Assembly (NCBI RefSeq): GCF_000143415.4
Contig: NW_003314343.1
Coordinates: forward strand, 434,813 to 498,812
Origin: Selaginella moellendorffii
Taxonomy: Eukaryota > Plantae > Lycopodiophyta
Reading direction: 5' to 3'
Length of the DNA: 64,000 nucleotides
Shown: piece by piece, positions 63,701 to 64,000 of the stretch
How the letters are laid out: every line of letters begins with the position of its first letter
How positions within the stretch are numbered: position 1 is the first letter of the stretch
The notes under the pieces: generated by a model
Seen by the model: the letters and a program-made list of their open reading frames with translations, nothing else
Databases searched by the model: none
What the model was told of the DNA's origin: nothing
Program-made: the position numbers and the translations under genes

Positions 63701-64000
63701 CCCACCGTCAAGCGCTCACTAAACAGCGATTGGCAATGGTAGAACAGCGATTGCAAGAGTTGTTGAAGCAGTTGCCACCGCTGATACCACCCCTACAGCA
63801 GCAGCAGCCGCCGCCGCCGCTGCTTCCTCCATCCCCGGCCCTGTGGCACTCAACGGTGCCGCCACTGCTACTCCTGGTCCTGGCGGAGGTTCGCCGGCTT
63901 GTTAAGGAGGCCATGGGCTTTTGTGGTGGATCTAGCAAAGCTGTGAGAGATCATGAATCTTTTTATTCTCTTGCTGCTGCTGTTTCGTCCTCTATTTCAA
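54741..64000 (+). repeat. 316-bp tandem satellite, about 19 monomers, running off the window end
   Basis: Equivalent ORFs start at 54822, 55138, 55454, 55770, 56086 ... 61653, 61969 ... 63392, 63708, a period of 316. Confidence 0.97.
57535..60826 (+). mobile_element. 5'-truncated copy of the chromovirus (end of RNase H, IN, chromodomain, 3' LTR 59674-60826)
   Basis: Near-identical to 44238-47526 and carries the same two introns (58372-58418 and 58837-58888). Confidence 0.95.

Noticed and set aside
318-63938. Dozens of 60-120 aa ORFs in the repeat (e.g. MLDPPQ..., MSSPSML..., His-rich frames)
   Set aside because: They are antisense or alternative frames of the same GC-rich repeat, often with non-ATG starts, and are not independent genes.
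54741-64000. CRISPR-like array
   Set aside because: The monomers are contiguous with no unique spacers, there are no cas genes, and the context is eukaryotic.

Overview
Land-plant nuclear DNA. The compact GC-rich genes, ~50-60 nt introns and TTTAGGG-type telomeric motifs suggest a Selaginella-like lycophyte (inference). A ~25-kb island of ordinary genes (class-3 lipase, Di19, OBERON-like PHD, ASCH-domain protein, GT47 exostosin, homeobox-DDT RLT) lies between two arrays of one gene-derived composite repeat (1-5.3 kb and 39.5-64 kb). The composite unit joins a coiled-coil/Pro-rich/TM ORF, an antisense PPR-like fragment and an antisense PWP2 fragment, with short telomeric tracts at the junctions. 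It has spawned two satellites (~420 bp and 316 bp). The 316-bp monomer is exactly one 258-nt phase-0 exon (86 codons) plus one 58-nt GT-AG intron. The right array carries three insertions of one Ty3/gypsy chromovirus family: one full-length, one 5'-truncated and one solo LTR. In both copies that retain the integrase gene, it is split by two short spliceosomal-type introns (47 and 52 nt). All calls come from reading the sequence by eye; no searches were run.
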